A DNA stretch of 64,000 nt from Octopus sinensis (GCF_006345805.1 NC_043004.1:45818001-45882000); one strand, 5' to 3'. Shown: positions 28,971 through 41,715, counted from the first letter of the stretch. A program made the numbers and translations. The notes: a model not told the origin generated them from the letters alone.

Positions 28971-29534
28971 TTGGGTCGTCCGGAAAGTTCGTGCCGATTT
29001 ATAGTGGCTTACCTTTCGACTTATTTAGAACATGGTTGAGTCCATAAAATAGGGTTTGACTACACCTCCATTTAGAGCACAGTTTAAGCGATTTTTTCGT
29101 GGAAGAGGTTTTATGTTCCTATAACCTGTGTTAATTCTGTAACCCTTTAAAATGGAAGATAAGAAAGTTCAATTTCTGTACTTGATGCTTTGGGAACCAG
29201 GCAAACATTGCTGCAGCTCGGCTGGGATGTGTTAATCCACCCTCCATATTCACCAGATATTGCTCCTTCGGATTTCCACTTATTCAGGTCTCTGCAGATT
29301 AATCTTAATGGTAAAAATTTCAATTCCTTGGATGATGTAAAAAGATACATTGATGAATTCTTTGCCATGAAACCATCCCGATTCTGGGAAGAGGGTATTT
29401 TCAAGTTAAAAGAAAGGTGGAGACGCATTGTGAACAAAATGGTTCATACTTGGTTGATTAAAAGTGTAATGGCACGTATTTATTGACCTTTTTCTTTCCT
29501 TTAAAAATCGGCACGAACTTTCCCGACAACCCAA
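28971..29534 (+). mobile_element. Internally deleted mariner transposon
   Basis: ~30-bp TIRs ttgggtcgtccggaaagttcgtgccgattt / aaatcggcacgaactttcccgacaacccaa with TA TSDs. MEDKKVQFLYLMLWE is joined to HPPYSPDIAPSDFHLF (third catalytic Asp motif). Confidence 0.93.
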
Positions 29535-31108
29535 TATATATTACTAACAACGAAAAAATATCTTCCCAAAATATTGTCCCCATTTTAAATAAATTACTGT
29601 TAGAAGTAAATTCACAAGACGATTGTGTGCTACTTCGAACTGGCTTGTATAAAGTCTTCTCACGTTTCAAGAGCACTGGAGTTTCTTCACTTAAACGAGT
29701 GTCGTTGTGTACAAGAATTTCTACAGAGAAGAATAGGGTAAATTTTCGACATACGTGCCGTCCCTTTCATATAAAACTTTTGTTTCACTTGGAAATGTCT
29801 TCCATTATTATATTTACGGTGTATTTGTTAAGATTCCACGAACTGTAGTAATATCCATAATCAATAGGTAGAAAATGAAATATTTATAATGCCGGGTACC
29901 GTGAACGAATAAAAATACAAGTGCCATTGCCTTCGTGTAGGTTTAGTTAACGAAAAACTGCTTCGAAGAATTTCTGATATATGTAGCGACAATTACATCT
30001 AGGCTTAATTCAAATGCAAATGATTATAGAGAAATGGTAACAAATAGATTTAAGAACTTATTTCATCACCATAGCTACTAATTTTGCACTTGACAACGGA
30101 CACCGGACAAAGAATTGACAGCGCTTGTATATTACTTGAAACAGAGAAACATACCTCAAAGCGCCAGTATCTATGCAATTATAAAATGTTTGCTATCGCT
30201 TGTGAACGATGGTAGAAGCCATTTATTCTGAAATAGAAAAACCAACATTTTCAGCAAAAGTCATCACGCTCCTAGATGCGAAAATATCTACTTACGAATC
30301 GTGAAGATAGACCATTCGGCTTAAGCTATCCATATATACTAACAGATAAACATATGTACAGTAAAAACGCGAAGAGGCAAAAAATTTATACGCAATAACG
30401 AATATACAAACATAAAAGGAAAATGAAAACTGGATAAGTTTCCCTTTGCATGTGGAAAATTTGGAATTGCATGGACTGTATTGACTGGCGTCCAACGAGA
30501 AGAGATACAGGCCATTAAGCTATTAATATGGAAATACTAAAATGAAATATCAAGTTAACTTTATTATCAATATATGTGTGCTTCTGTGTGTTTGTAATTT
30601 TTATTTATGAACTATAACCTATTCTGCTATATTAGTTTTTAAATATTCCCATTTTTACTATATGTACTAAGTGTATGGAAATGTATAGGGATGTTTTTGA
30701 TGTCATCCAGTTTAAAATAATAAGAGAAATAAGAAGAGAATGAAGTAGAGGTAGATAGTAAATATTTTCAAATGAATTCGTTAAATGACGAAACCATATG
30801 CCGAGCTATGCAATCAAATAGAGAGACTTCCATGCAGTTGCATATCATCGCTTGTATTTGCATCTGTATAGAGAATCGAACACGCAGACAAGAATATAAC
30901 ACGACATGTGGTTAATGGAACCACCTATTTCAAAATTCAAACACCACGGTAAAAATACTATCTTTCTCTTTTATTTACTCAAAAAGCCGCATGTGTATGT
31001 GGACTTTAATCTTATTTACCTGAAAAATAGAAATAGTTAAAATAGTGCTGTAATATAGTTGAATTACAATTCAGCTATTTAACATATACATACATACGTA
31101 TATATATA

Positions 31109-31176
<68 letters not shown>

Positions 31177-31180
31177 ATAT

Positions 31181-31480
31181 ATCACCGTGACCGACCAGGC
31201 TATTAGATGTTGCTACATATCGCTGGTCACAATGCGCTTCGCATTGTTTTAGTCTTCAATTGACGCCACCACGCTGGCTAAGCGAGCAGGCCAACAGAAG
31301 AAAGAGTGAGAGAAAGTGGCGAAAGAGTACAGCAAGGAATGCCGCCACCACCTGCCGGAACCTTGTGGAGCTTTTAGGTGTTTTTGCTCAATAAACACTC
31401 ACAATGCTCGGTCTGGAAATCGAAACCGCGATCCTACGACCGCTAGTCCGCTGCACTAACCACTGGGTCACTGCGCCTCC

Positions 31481-31481
<1 letters not shown>
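31181..31481 (-). mobile_element. SINE family C (tRNA-derived)
   Basis: Minus head ggaggcgcagtgacccagtggttag (A box)..ggtttcgatttcc (B box); flanked by (TA)n. Confidence 0.8.
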
Positions 31482-31543
<62 letters not shown>

Positions 31544-31970
31544 CGCGCGCGTGTGTGTGTGTATGGATATATATATATATCAGTATAAATGAGCAGTTGA
31601 GTATGGTATCATTCGTTAAATTTTTTTCGAAGTCATATACACTCATACGCAAACATCCATAAAGCCAATTGCACAGACATGCACTTTGACATTCTGTTCA
31701 AACAAAATATTTTAATAACGAACTTTGGACTATGGTGACATTTTCATTTTACTATTATTTGTCAAATAATATCTTAACATATCTGGTTATTTGAAATTTC
31801 TTCTCTGACTGAACTTTAGAAGAACTTTCTGAATTAAACCATTTTATTTCTGTAAGTCTTTGCATGAATTTCCATTTAATATATCAACATGCTGTATGGA
31901 ATAAAATGAAATAGAATTCCGTGAATCATTCTTGAATTCGAGTCATTTCTACTTCCTTAGTTATATCTAT

Positions 31971-32199
31971 TTCTTTACTACCCACAAGGGGCGAAACACA
32001 GTGGGGACAAACAAGGACAGACACACGGTTTAAGTCGATTACATCGACCCCAGTGCGTAACTAGTACTTAATTTATCGACCCCGAAAGGATAAAAGGCAA
32101 AGTCGACCTCGGTGAAATTTGAACCCAGAACGTAGCGACAGACGAAATACGGCTACGTATTTCGCCCGGCGTGCTAACGTTTCTGCCAGCTCGCCGCCT
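31971..32199 (-). mobile_element. SINE family B
   Basis: Minus: aggcggcgagctggcagaaacgttagcacgccgggcg..gggttcaaatttcaccg..; highly similar to 50431-50660. Confidence 0.9.
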
Positions 32200-32356
32200 T
32201 TTTTCCTTAGTAATATCTTTAATGTTTACATATGATCGCCACCTTTGGAATGTCGTTATTTAACCAACTCTTCATTTACACAACTTAAACTAAATAATGT
32301 AAGGATGGTATCGTTTACTGCTCCTTTATTTCAGCATAAAACGTCCATATGAAAGC

Positions 32357-32767
32357 CGGGATCTTTTCGTTTTGAGCGGCAGTTTTTTCTAGCGGTGTCA
32401 TATGAAATTGTCACCCATAATTATGACCCTAGTATCGATCTATTGCATCTCAATCTGTTTTAGGGTTAGAGTTAGGGGTGGGGGAAGGGTATCTTTTTTT
32501 CTTCACAAATGTAAATAAACCCAATCTGCTTCTTAAACGAGGGACATATTCATAAGGCACAGAATGTTTTTTTACCTCAATGGACGTCATTGATAGGTTG
32601 AAATTGCAGAAATTGAAGAAAAAAACAACAAATATTTTACAAATTATAGAATTTTCTCAATAAAGCCAAGACAAAAAGATGTTTTATAAACACATTCTAC
32701 CAGTATACGAAGTTTAAAATTTTTTAGTTACCTGGAAATCATGTTAAAAACTGCCGTTCAAACCGAA
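32357..32767. mobile_element. MITE with telomere-like internal repeat, copy 1
   Basis: Colinear with 38216-38639; right terminus truncated after aaaactgccgttcaaaccgaa. Confidence 0.85.
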
Positions 32768-34628
32768 CGCTGAGAACTAATGTCTCTGCCTCTTGATAAA
32801 CATGCAGTTCGCAGCTATTGTAGACCAAAAATTCTCCATCCACTACAAGAAATGTTTGCAGAAAGGTGAGTAGATTGCTTTCATTATGTTATCGCAGTTT
32901 TGTGAGATTTGGCTGTTATTTCTAGCATGTGGCTAACCTGCCTGAAGGTCTTGAGGTATATGTTATTTTATTTTTTTGTTGAAAATTGAAAATTGAAATC
33001 TTACAAACAATTGTTTTTCAGAATCGTAATCTTCGTATTTTTCTACGTATCCCCCCCCCCACCCGCAAAAAAAAAAAAAAAAAAAATCCGGAAAAAGTGG
33101 AAAATGAAGTGGGGATGAGTGTGGGCGTGTGTATATGTGGGGGAATTGAAATTTTGAAAATGGTCTTTTGAAATTTTTTTTCAGTACCGGATCCTCCATT
33201 ACCAAAAACGTGGGATTCCGTAAAAAAATTCAACATCTACCCATTTTACCGGAAGTTATATGAATTTTCCGAAAGTCCTCTCCCCACCGCACCCCAGGGC
33301 GGTTAGCGCAAGTTTTTTTCATATTCGTTTTCTACATACTTGTTAACACTCAGCAGTCTGGTTTATTATTATTATTTTTTTTGTTCACGGGTGAAGATCT
33401 TTATATCAACCATCGATTGTAAGTATATATACAAAGCAATTAATATTACACGAGTTCACGTGTCATCCAACATCACCGATGATTTGATGACTTTTAAAAT
33501 GAGAGCTGCTGGCTTTTGCTCTAATTTGGTCAAAAATAACTCATCGTTCAATGGTAGACTAGAAAACTTATAAAACATTTGTTTTTCTTTTCGAACTTTT
33601 GTTTCAAAATGCTATGAAGTTAAATATATTCTACAGTCGTGTCTTTCAAATCGGTTTCAGGCAGAGATGTATGAGAATTTAGTGAAGGCGGCAGCGATTT
33701 GTTTACATAGTTTCCAATCTGTTATGCCAAATTTTGGCTTGTTCACAGTATTTTGAGAAGATTGATTAGCATCACGAGATTTCGATTAAAAATTACTATT
33801 TCTAGTAGACATTTTTGTTTACTTTTGCAAAGGAATATGTTTGTTGCTAAAGTTGTTTTGTGGTAAAAACACTAAACTTTGGTGAGTTTTTGTCCCAATA
33901 TGTTTCTGTCCACTTACATATAACCTAAAGAAGAGTCATAATGGGTAATTTGATTACACGGAAGTATATCTGGAGTTAAGTGTAAAAACCATTGTAGGTG
34001 AAAATAATTTTTACTTCATATTAAGTAACAGGCGTAAGTTACTTAAGACAGTGTTACTGTGCCGTTGTTAGGTGTTGGTGTTGTTTTTAATCAACATAAG
34101 CCTTGATTGTAAAAGCGAAATTCCATTTGGTGTATGTTGTATTCTGTCATCCAGGATGAATAACGGATTCTTCGCAAGTAAACTGTCTTTGTCTTACTTG
34201 TGACAGGGGAAATAAATCTGTGACTGATTTAGGCTGGAGGAATCGGTAAAATTGTAAAAATAAATGTTCAAAAAAGCATTTTAAAACATTTTCCTACGTT
34301 TCCCCATCCCTTATGTTGACGGTGGAATGCACGCACGCAAGTACACACAAATCCTGTTTTAATTCGAACATCATTTTTACCCGTTTCAGAAAACCTAGTC
34401 TCTTGATAGCTATTTGCTCGGAGGAAAAAATCCTCTTATATTTCTCTTGGAAATTCTCTTGCCCTAACCTTCACAATCAATTATTATGGAAATCCCCTGT
34501 TAGTGGTGTAAACTAGTTTGTTTTCTGCTCACAACTTTCCATCTGTTCCTTGTGCATCATCTTGATTTCGGTTTGGCGTATCTTACAAAAACTCCGTTAT
34601 TCACTCACAGTATTTTCAAAAGTCTATA

Positions 34629-35030
34629 TAGGTGCAAGCGTGGCTAAGAAGCCTGTTTCCCAACCAATCAATGTTGGATTCAGTGCCACTGTATGGAACC
34701 CTGGACAAAAATCTTCCACTATAGATCGGGGCTGGCTAGAACCATGTGGCTGGAACTGGTTTTACTGAAACTGAAATATCCCATCATATATATGTTTGTG
34801 TGCATCTGTGTGTGTGTGTCTCTTTGGTTTTGTGTCATGCCTGACCCCGTTCCACCGTCTCGCAACCGGTGTTGGTTTTCCTACGTCCCCGTAACATATA
34901 GTTTCCGCAAAAGAGACCGGTGGAGTACGTGCCTGGTTTCAAAATTAAGGACAATGATCGAATTTTTTTACTGAAATCCTCAAAGCAGTGCCCTTACAAG
35001 GCTGCATTCCAATATCTGAAATAAATAAAA
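34629..35030 (+). mobile_element. SINE family A, old and degenerate
   Basis: Decayed head (ggattcagtgccactg), internal CA/TG tract, gtccccgtaac..gcaaaagagaccg segment. Confidence 0.65.
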
Positions 35031-36637
35031 ACTAAAAAAGAATAGCAAAGCAAATCTAAAATTAAATGCCAGTTATACCAATGCTAAAAGTAATAACATT
35101 TTATTCTAGAAGTGATTATTTTTAATTTTTCAGAAAAAAATTCTATGCCTTTGAAGAAATTTGCCTGTTAAACTAATATGAAGTTTATGAGTCTATAGAG
35201 ACCAAAATTCTCATTTGAAGAGATGTGCAATTGAGTTCCATGGCCTGTGTTGTATGACTATGTGTGTGTATGTGCATAGATGTGTGTGTGTGTCTATGTG
35301 TGTGCCTACGTGTGTGTGTGTTTGTCAGGGTTATGTATGTGATGTGCTTGTGTATATATGTTTTAGTGTGTGTAGGATGTAATGAATGAGTTGTATCACA
35401 TGAAGACTAATTAATCACCAAACTTCACTGATGAAGGTTCGTCCACATTTAATTGCCGCCCGTTATCAGTGCTCATCCGGGTATGTACAATAGATCTGAA
35501 ATGTACCCGGAATGAATATAATGAGGTAGATCTCCCCATACCGTACAACTCCACAAGATGCTGGATAAGCGGCCTCCGTTGCTCTCTATGAAAGGGGAGT
35601 ACTTTTCCGACATCACTTTTCTCAAGCTACTACACTTCAGCAAGGATGAAATAACTGCTTCGTTATTAGCGGCAGTGATAGTATTTCTTTAAATTTGTGA
35701 TCTACATATCATACGTAAAGCGTACAAATTGTTGAAAGCCTTCCAAACTGTGGTATACGTATCGAGAAAGAATATCTTTCGGAAAATAAACAAACCAAAA
35801 AACATAGAAAATATTTGCAGCATAGAGAAAACGTCAAACAGCGCCGGTGAAATTACTAGGTCCGGGTGTTGCTTCTTTGAGATTCCTCAGTAGCAAGTAA
35901 CCAGTGGCACCGCAATCTAGGCGAAAATCGAATGCTAGCTTTTATAGATAAACAGTGATTGTAACGTCAAAAATGTCCTATTTGGCCGGAAAGTCGCATA
36001 ATATCTCATTACCAACAAAATCATTATTATTGCTTTAAGTATGATATACAGCTTGCTAAATTGACCTAGTACTGCTTCCATTGCTAACAATAACTTTTTG
36101 TTCAACCTGCCAGCTAAATGCGGTATCAGTGACTGCTCATTCTCTGTTTAACCCTATCAGCTAGCGGTCGATTTTTGCTTAGCATGGAGTGCCAGTGGGT
36201 GCGTGACTCTGATGAAGCTCAAAACCAGATATTCGGTTTTAGTAATGCCACTATTACTGCTAAATGCTTTTCCTCTATTTCTGATACATTTCTGTCTTAC
36301 TTAACATTAAACGTCTATAACAGATGCTTTCGCGATACGCATACTGCTCTGCAGAAGGCTTTCAACAGTATATATTCATTAAGTATGATTTGCAGATTGC
36401 TAATAATAATTGGTGTTAGCAGGCTTATCAGATGGTGTCACCTCCATGAAGAGATGGTCCCTATTGACCCTTTGTTCCTATGACACAGCTCACCCACATC
36501 AGAAATCTACGTTTCCTGGTCAACTTCTCCAAAGGCAGACACTCAGTTTTAGAAATGCCAATGCTACTGCCGAACGTTGTTCGTCTACATCTGATACTCG
36601 TACATTTCTGTTCCATATTTAAGAGATGCAGAATTAT

Positions 36638-36771
36638 GTACATTATTTACATTTTTTACAATTGACGGATAACCAATCCGGGTATATGGCATAGTGGGTC
36701 AGAGTGTGGGCTACTAATACCAATATTCCGAGTTCGATTCCAGGCACTGACCTTAATAATAATAATAATAA

Positions 36772-36802
<31 letters not shown>

Positions 36803-36958
36803 AATGATAATAATAATAATAATGATGATAACAACATCGAAAAATACCTTAGGAATGAGAACCCAGGTTCGAAATTTCCCCAAGTCACCTGATAAAAGCT
36901 GGAAGGTATATTAGCCGAAACGTTGTGTAAAATGTGAATAATGTGAATAATGTAAATA
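36638..36958 (+). mobile_element. tRNA-headed SINE with (AAT)n middle and hammerhead-type tail
   Basis: A box TGGCATAGTGG 36687-97; B box GAGTTCGATTCC 36730-41; (AAT)n 36755-36832; CTGATAA..AGCCGAAACGTT 36889-36924; terminal aatgtgaata repeats with an inverted copy at 36638-36655. Confidence 0.8.
36886..36927 (+). ncRNA. Minimal type I hammerhead ribozyme motif, probably inactivated
   Basis: CAC-CTGATAA-aaGCT-ggaaggtatatt-AGCc-GAAAC-GTT-GTG. Stem I is CAC/GTG and stem III is the palindromic ACGT, but the core has G8>A and stem II has a closing mismatch. Confidence 0.6.
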
Positions 36959-37489
36959 CTGTGATACACATCTGTCTTATCTAAAACTAAACGTCTTTCA
37001 CAGATGCTTTCACGAGATGGATACTACACTTCAGAAGGCTTTCAGCAGTATATATGCTTTAGATATAATACGCACGTTGCTAATTATAACTGTTTTTAGC
37101 AGGGTTACAAGATGGTGATGGACTATGTTGACTCCTTTCACCTATAATACCTATGATACAGTCCCCCTCCATCAGAAATCTACGCTTGCTGGTCAATATC
37201 TCCATTTATAATACAACTATGTGTCTATAATATATGAATCACGTCCAGTGCATCACATACACTGAATGCTATATAGGTAGCATCATTCGACCATTAGATA
37301 TGAGAATTCAAGGCGCATCACGCATACACAATGATTTTCTTTCTGTTACGTAATGCTTCAAGCAAACTACAACACTCTCCTAATCACTATCTTTGTGTTT
37401 TACTCAATTTATATTTATTATTCAATTATCGGAGGTCTATTGATTATTGTATTCTTGTTCTTGCTAGAAGCATATCTCTATTTGGTGAC

Positions 37490-37804
37490 GACAATAGGTA
37501 TGTATGTATGTACGTATGTATGCATATATGTTTGTACGTATGTATGTATGTATACTTGTATGTTTGTATGTATGTGCATGTTTCTATGTATGAATGTGCA
37601 TGTTTGTTTGTACGTATGTATATGCATGTTTGTATGTATGTATATATAAACACACACATATATATATACACACACATATATATATATACACACATAATGC
37701 ATACAAGCACATACACACACGCATATTGTGTGTCTATTCTAAACTATATACAATGCACACAAGTATTTTATATATATATATATGTGTATATATATTTATG
37801 CATG

Positions 37805-37870
<66 letters not shown>

Positions 37871-37940
37871 CGCATGCATTATTATATGTACATATATACA
37901 AATGTCTTGGGTATATGTAAGTGCATGTGCACTTGTATAT
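37490..37940. repeat. (TATG)n/(TA)n/(CA)n microsatellite
   Basis: Directly visible. Confidence 0.95.
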
Positions 37941-38215
37941 ATGTAGATAGCTCATCTTTTACACGATAGTGGCAAGCAGTATACACTAGTCGCAGTCGTC
38001 AAGGGAGCTGAATAATATCTGCGATAAACATTTCGGTTCCAATTATAGACATTTAATACCAGTTGCATTTATTATGCTTTATCTTTAAAATGACACATTC
38101 TCTACATTACGGTGTGTTGTCTATTTTCTGTAAATTTCAACCTTTTAAAGTTTGTGTAAAGCAACATTATTAAGTTATCCACAAAATTCGTGAAATTAAC
38201 AGTAACAGTAACTTA

Positions 38216-38639
38216 CGGATCTTTTCGGTTTCAACGGCAGCTTTTTCTAGCGGTGTCATATGAAATTGTCATCCATAATTATGACCCTAGAATCGATCTA
38301 TTGCATTTCAATCTCTTTTAGGGTTAGGGTTAGTTAGGGTTAGGGTTAGGGGTATCTTTTTTTTCCTCACAAATGTAAATAAACCCAATCTGTTTCTTAA
38401 ACGAGGGACATATTCATACGGCATAGAATGCGTTTAACCCAATAGACGTCAGTGATTGCTTGAAATTGCAGAAATTGAAGAAAAAACAACAACAAATATC
38501 TTAGAAACTATAGAATTTTCTCAATAAAGCCAAGAGAAAAAGATGTTTTATAAACTCATTCTACCAGTATACGAAGTTTAAAATTTTTTAGTTACCTAGA
38601 AATTATGTTAAAAACTGCCGTTCAAACCGAAAAGATCCG
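38216..38639. mobile_element. MITE with ~30-bp TIRs, TA TSD and internal (TTAGGG)n, copy 2 (complete)
   Basis: TA|cggatcttttcggtttcaacggcagctttt ... aaaaactgccgttcaaaccgaaaagatccg|TA; TTAGGG units at 38318-38351. Confidence 0.9.
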
Positions 38640-39507
38640 TAATTTTCTTATTCGTTGATTTCTTGATTTCTCACCAAACCGATGGCATATTTGAGTATTT
38701 CACCGAATTTATGTTTTGGCGTAGGTGGTGTACAACTTCTATACGCTTTGTATGAATATTTTTGTTTACTATTGCTTCTGCGAAAGATATGAACGACATT
38801 CGTATGCTTACATTTATAAGAATGCATAGACCCATTCTAGCATGTGTGTGTATGTGCATGTGGGTGTCTGTGACTGTGTGTGTCTGTCTGTGGTTGTGTT
38901 GCTCTGCGTGCGGACGTTCGTGTTAGCACTATTATTTTCTGTTACAAAAGTAGTTTTAATCTAGTCAATATGAGAACAATAGTTGTATGTGTCTGTCTCG
39001 TGTTGAGTGTGAGTGTGTGTGTGTTTGCACTATTATTTTCTGTTATCAAAGTAGGTTTGATCGACAGTCAGTATAAGAAACAATCGATGTATATGTTACG
39101 TTCGTCACAGAACCTTAGTTATCTACTTTAATTCCGTGAAGCCCGTCACATTTGTTGTAACCCAGCTGTGTCCAGCTGTGCGTGTTTGAGGCATATAAAT
39201 TATCGTTCATTAGAAATAACACTTGAAGGTGACTCACTGCATGTATATCCGTGGGTGCATTTGTGTTGTCATGTATCTGTCAGTTAAGCACGTCATGGGT
39301 GGGTTTCGGGCTATGGAATCTGAAGCGAGTTTATCTCTTAAAAAGACATTGCAAGATCGCTAGATTTATCCACGCACGTCTAATGAAAACAGAAGCGTGT
39401 TCAATGCCGACATTCACCAATCAAACACTAAAACAGGAAACACAGCGAAACGCAAAACCGGTGCATCACCAGTAATGACAGGGACTAAAGAGAAATATAT
39501 TCTCCTG

Positions 39508-39910
39508 GCAGAAACGTTAGCACGTCGGGCGAAATGCTTAGCGGTATTTTGTCTGTCTTTACATTCTGAGTTCGAATTCCGCCGAGGTAGACTTTGCATT
39601 TCATCCTTTCAGGGTCGATAAATTAAGTCCCACTTACGCACTGGGGTTGATGTAATCGACTTAATCCCTTTGTCTGTCCTTGTTTGTCCCCTCTATGTTC
39701 AGCCCCTTGTGGGTAATAAAGAAATAGGTATTTCGTCTGTTTTTACATTCTGAGTTCGAATTCCGCCGAGGTCGACTTTGCCTTTCATCCTTTTAGGGTA
39801 GATAATTTAAGTCCCACTTACGCACTGGGGTCGATGTAATCGACTTAATCCATTTGTCTGTCCTTGTTTGTCCTCTCTATTTCTAACCACTTGTGGGCAA
39901 TAAAGAAATA
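39508..39910 (+). mobile_element. SINE family B head-to-tail dimer within a 17-bp TSD
   Basis: Unit 1 39508-39726, 5'-truncated unit 2 39727-39910; AGAAATATATTCTCCTG at 39491-39507 and 39911-39927. Confidence 0.9.
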
Positions 39911-40356
39911 AGAAATATATTCTCCTGTAATGATCGTAGTAATTTCCAATAAATCACATAGCAAGAGATGCGAGAGAAGCAAACGTAATAGGAAGATTCG
40001 AATTCAGAACTGAAAACCAACGGAAAATTAGATTATTATAATAGCAATATTCATTAGAGATAAGCTTCTTATCATTTAGATCAGCGGTTCTGAAAATGTT
40101 CGTTCTTGGTTGCTTATTCTTCATATACGGCAGTATATCATCAAATATTTGAATACCCTAAAATAAACTGTTGATCCCATGTTATGGATATCATTACAGA
40201 AATACATAATACAAATAAACGTATGATTTGGTAGTCAACATTTTCAGATATATTTGAGTACTTTTTTTCTAAATCCTAGAATACACCATTGTAAAGCGCT
40301 GTTCATTTAAAATTTCAGCGTTTTCATAAAACTTCTATACCTTCTTAACTTTTTTT

Positions 40357-40762
40357 ATAGGCGTAGGAGTTGCTGTGAGCTAAGTAGCTTGCTTACCAAC
40401 CACATGATACAGGGTTCAGTCCCACTGCGTGGCACCTTGGGCAAGTGTCTTCTACTATAGCCGCGGGCCGACCAAAGACTTGTGAGTGGATTTGGTAGAC
40501 GGAGGCTGAAAGAGGCCCGTCGTATAGATGTATATATATGTATGTATGTGTGTGTATCTGTTTGTGTGTAGGTGTTTGTCACCCCAACATTGCTTGACAA
40601 CCGATGCTGGGGTGTTTACGTCCCCGTACATTAGCGTTTCGGAAAAAGAGACCGATATAATAAGTACTATGCTTACAAAGAATGTCTTAGGGTCGATTTG
40701 CTCGCGTAAAGGCGGTGCTCCAGCCCGGCCACAGTCAAATGACTGAAACAAGTAAAAGAGTA
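40357..40762 (+). mobile_element. SINE family A, full length
   Basis: Head aggcgtaggagttgctgtgagctaag..gggttcagtccc; tail ggcggtgctccagcccggccacagtcaaatgactgaaacaagtaaaagag. Confidence 0.92.
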
Positions 40763-41670
40763 CGCCCTAGAGCTATCTGCACCTCAGTTTTGAACCCCTG
40801 CACTATGTAAATGAACTGCAATATCTTATTAGATGATTATTCATCAAGCAACGAAACAAGTATCGCATACTTGGTGAGTCGAACTGTTAAACTCACAATC
40901 CAATAGATGTTAAAATAACATTACCAACTCGGCTACACACAGCTTTAATTATATAAATATTCCTTCTCAAGTAATCCTTCTTAAATATGAATCTACCATT
41001 ATCTGAACATTGTATAATATTATTCAGCCTTTTTGTCAATATTTCTGTATTCAAAGAACACTTCTGTGTTTTGAATTTCAATTGGCAGATTACATTAGAT
41101 TTACGAAAATATCACATGCGACTTTGACAAACAAGAATTAATGAGTTTACGCAGATTATAACAATGTGAACATTATTTTATTTGCAAAATTCTATAAATG
41201 ATGATTTTTTTTTTAAAGATATGTTCACAAGATTTGTTCGATGTAAACAGTAATTCCAATGAAGGAGAAAGTGATAACAAAATCGGAGAAATTATTACAA
41301 GGGAACGAAATATTGTTACCTGACAAAAGAAGAAAAAAAAAGAATTAAAATAACATCAGAAACAAGAATAGCAGCAGCAATGACAAGAACAAGAATAGCA
41401 AAAGCAGCAGCAGTAGCAGTAGCAACAACGACAACAACAACAACAAGTACAGCAATAGCAATTGTTTCAAATATCATTCGTATTTAACAATAAAACCTCA
41501 TTTAGAAGAAAACAGCTACAATAACTAGTGAAATAAACGAAAACTCCTTCTGCTGTTCTGAATAGAGAGAATAGCGGATAACAATGTTCAGTTCGAAATA
41601 AAGATAAATTTGGATGAGTTTGTCACCATATAAACGGAGTTTGGCAACGATGATGACGACGACGGCGGCA

Positions 41671-41712
<42 letters not shown>

Positions 41713-41715
<3 letters not shown>

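Larger units (their letters stand above)
35690..37205. repeat. Diverged repeat unit present once inverted (35690-35985) and twice direct (36125-36540; 36541-36630 + 36958-37205)
   Basis: Shared blocks cagaaggctttca.cagtatatat, atcagaaatctacg..ctggtcaa, and the reverse complement ttgaaagccttcca..gtatacgtatcgagaaag. Confidence 0.75.

Noticed and set aside
30030-30290. GPCR-like fragments (VTNRF.NL, SASIY, AIACERW)
   Set aside because: The motifs lie in different frames with wrong spacing and intervening stops; consistent with chance in AT-rich DNA.
33380-33890. Strong splice donors GTAAGT (~33419) and GTGAGT (~33881)
   Set aside because: No convincing acceptor or reading frame, and isolated donors are common by chance.
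35428-35470. CTGATGA motif (also at 36209 and 52512; CTGAGGA near 51325; CTGAAGA near 50296)
   Set aside because: No stem II closed by GAAA follows, so they are not callable hammerheads.
36680-36752. tRNA-Ser(ACT)-like cloverleaf
   Set aside because: The T and acceptor stems do not pair well and it continues into a SINE body. The same applies to the other A/B-box heads.
38318-38351. Telomere or chromosome-fusion site
   Set aside because: Only a few units, located at a fixed position inside a MITE.
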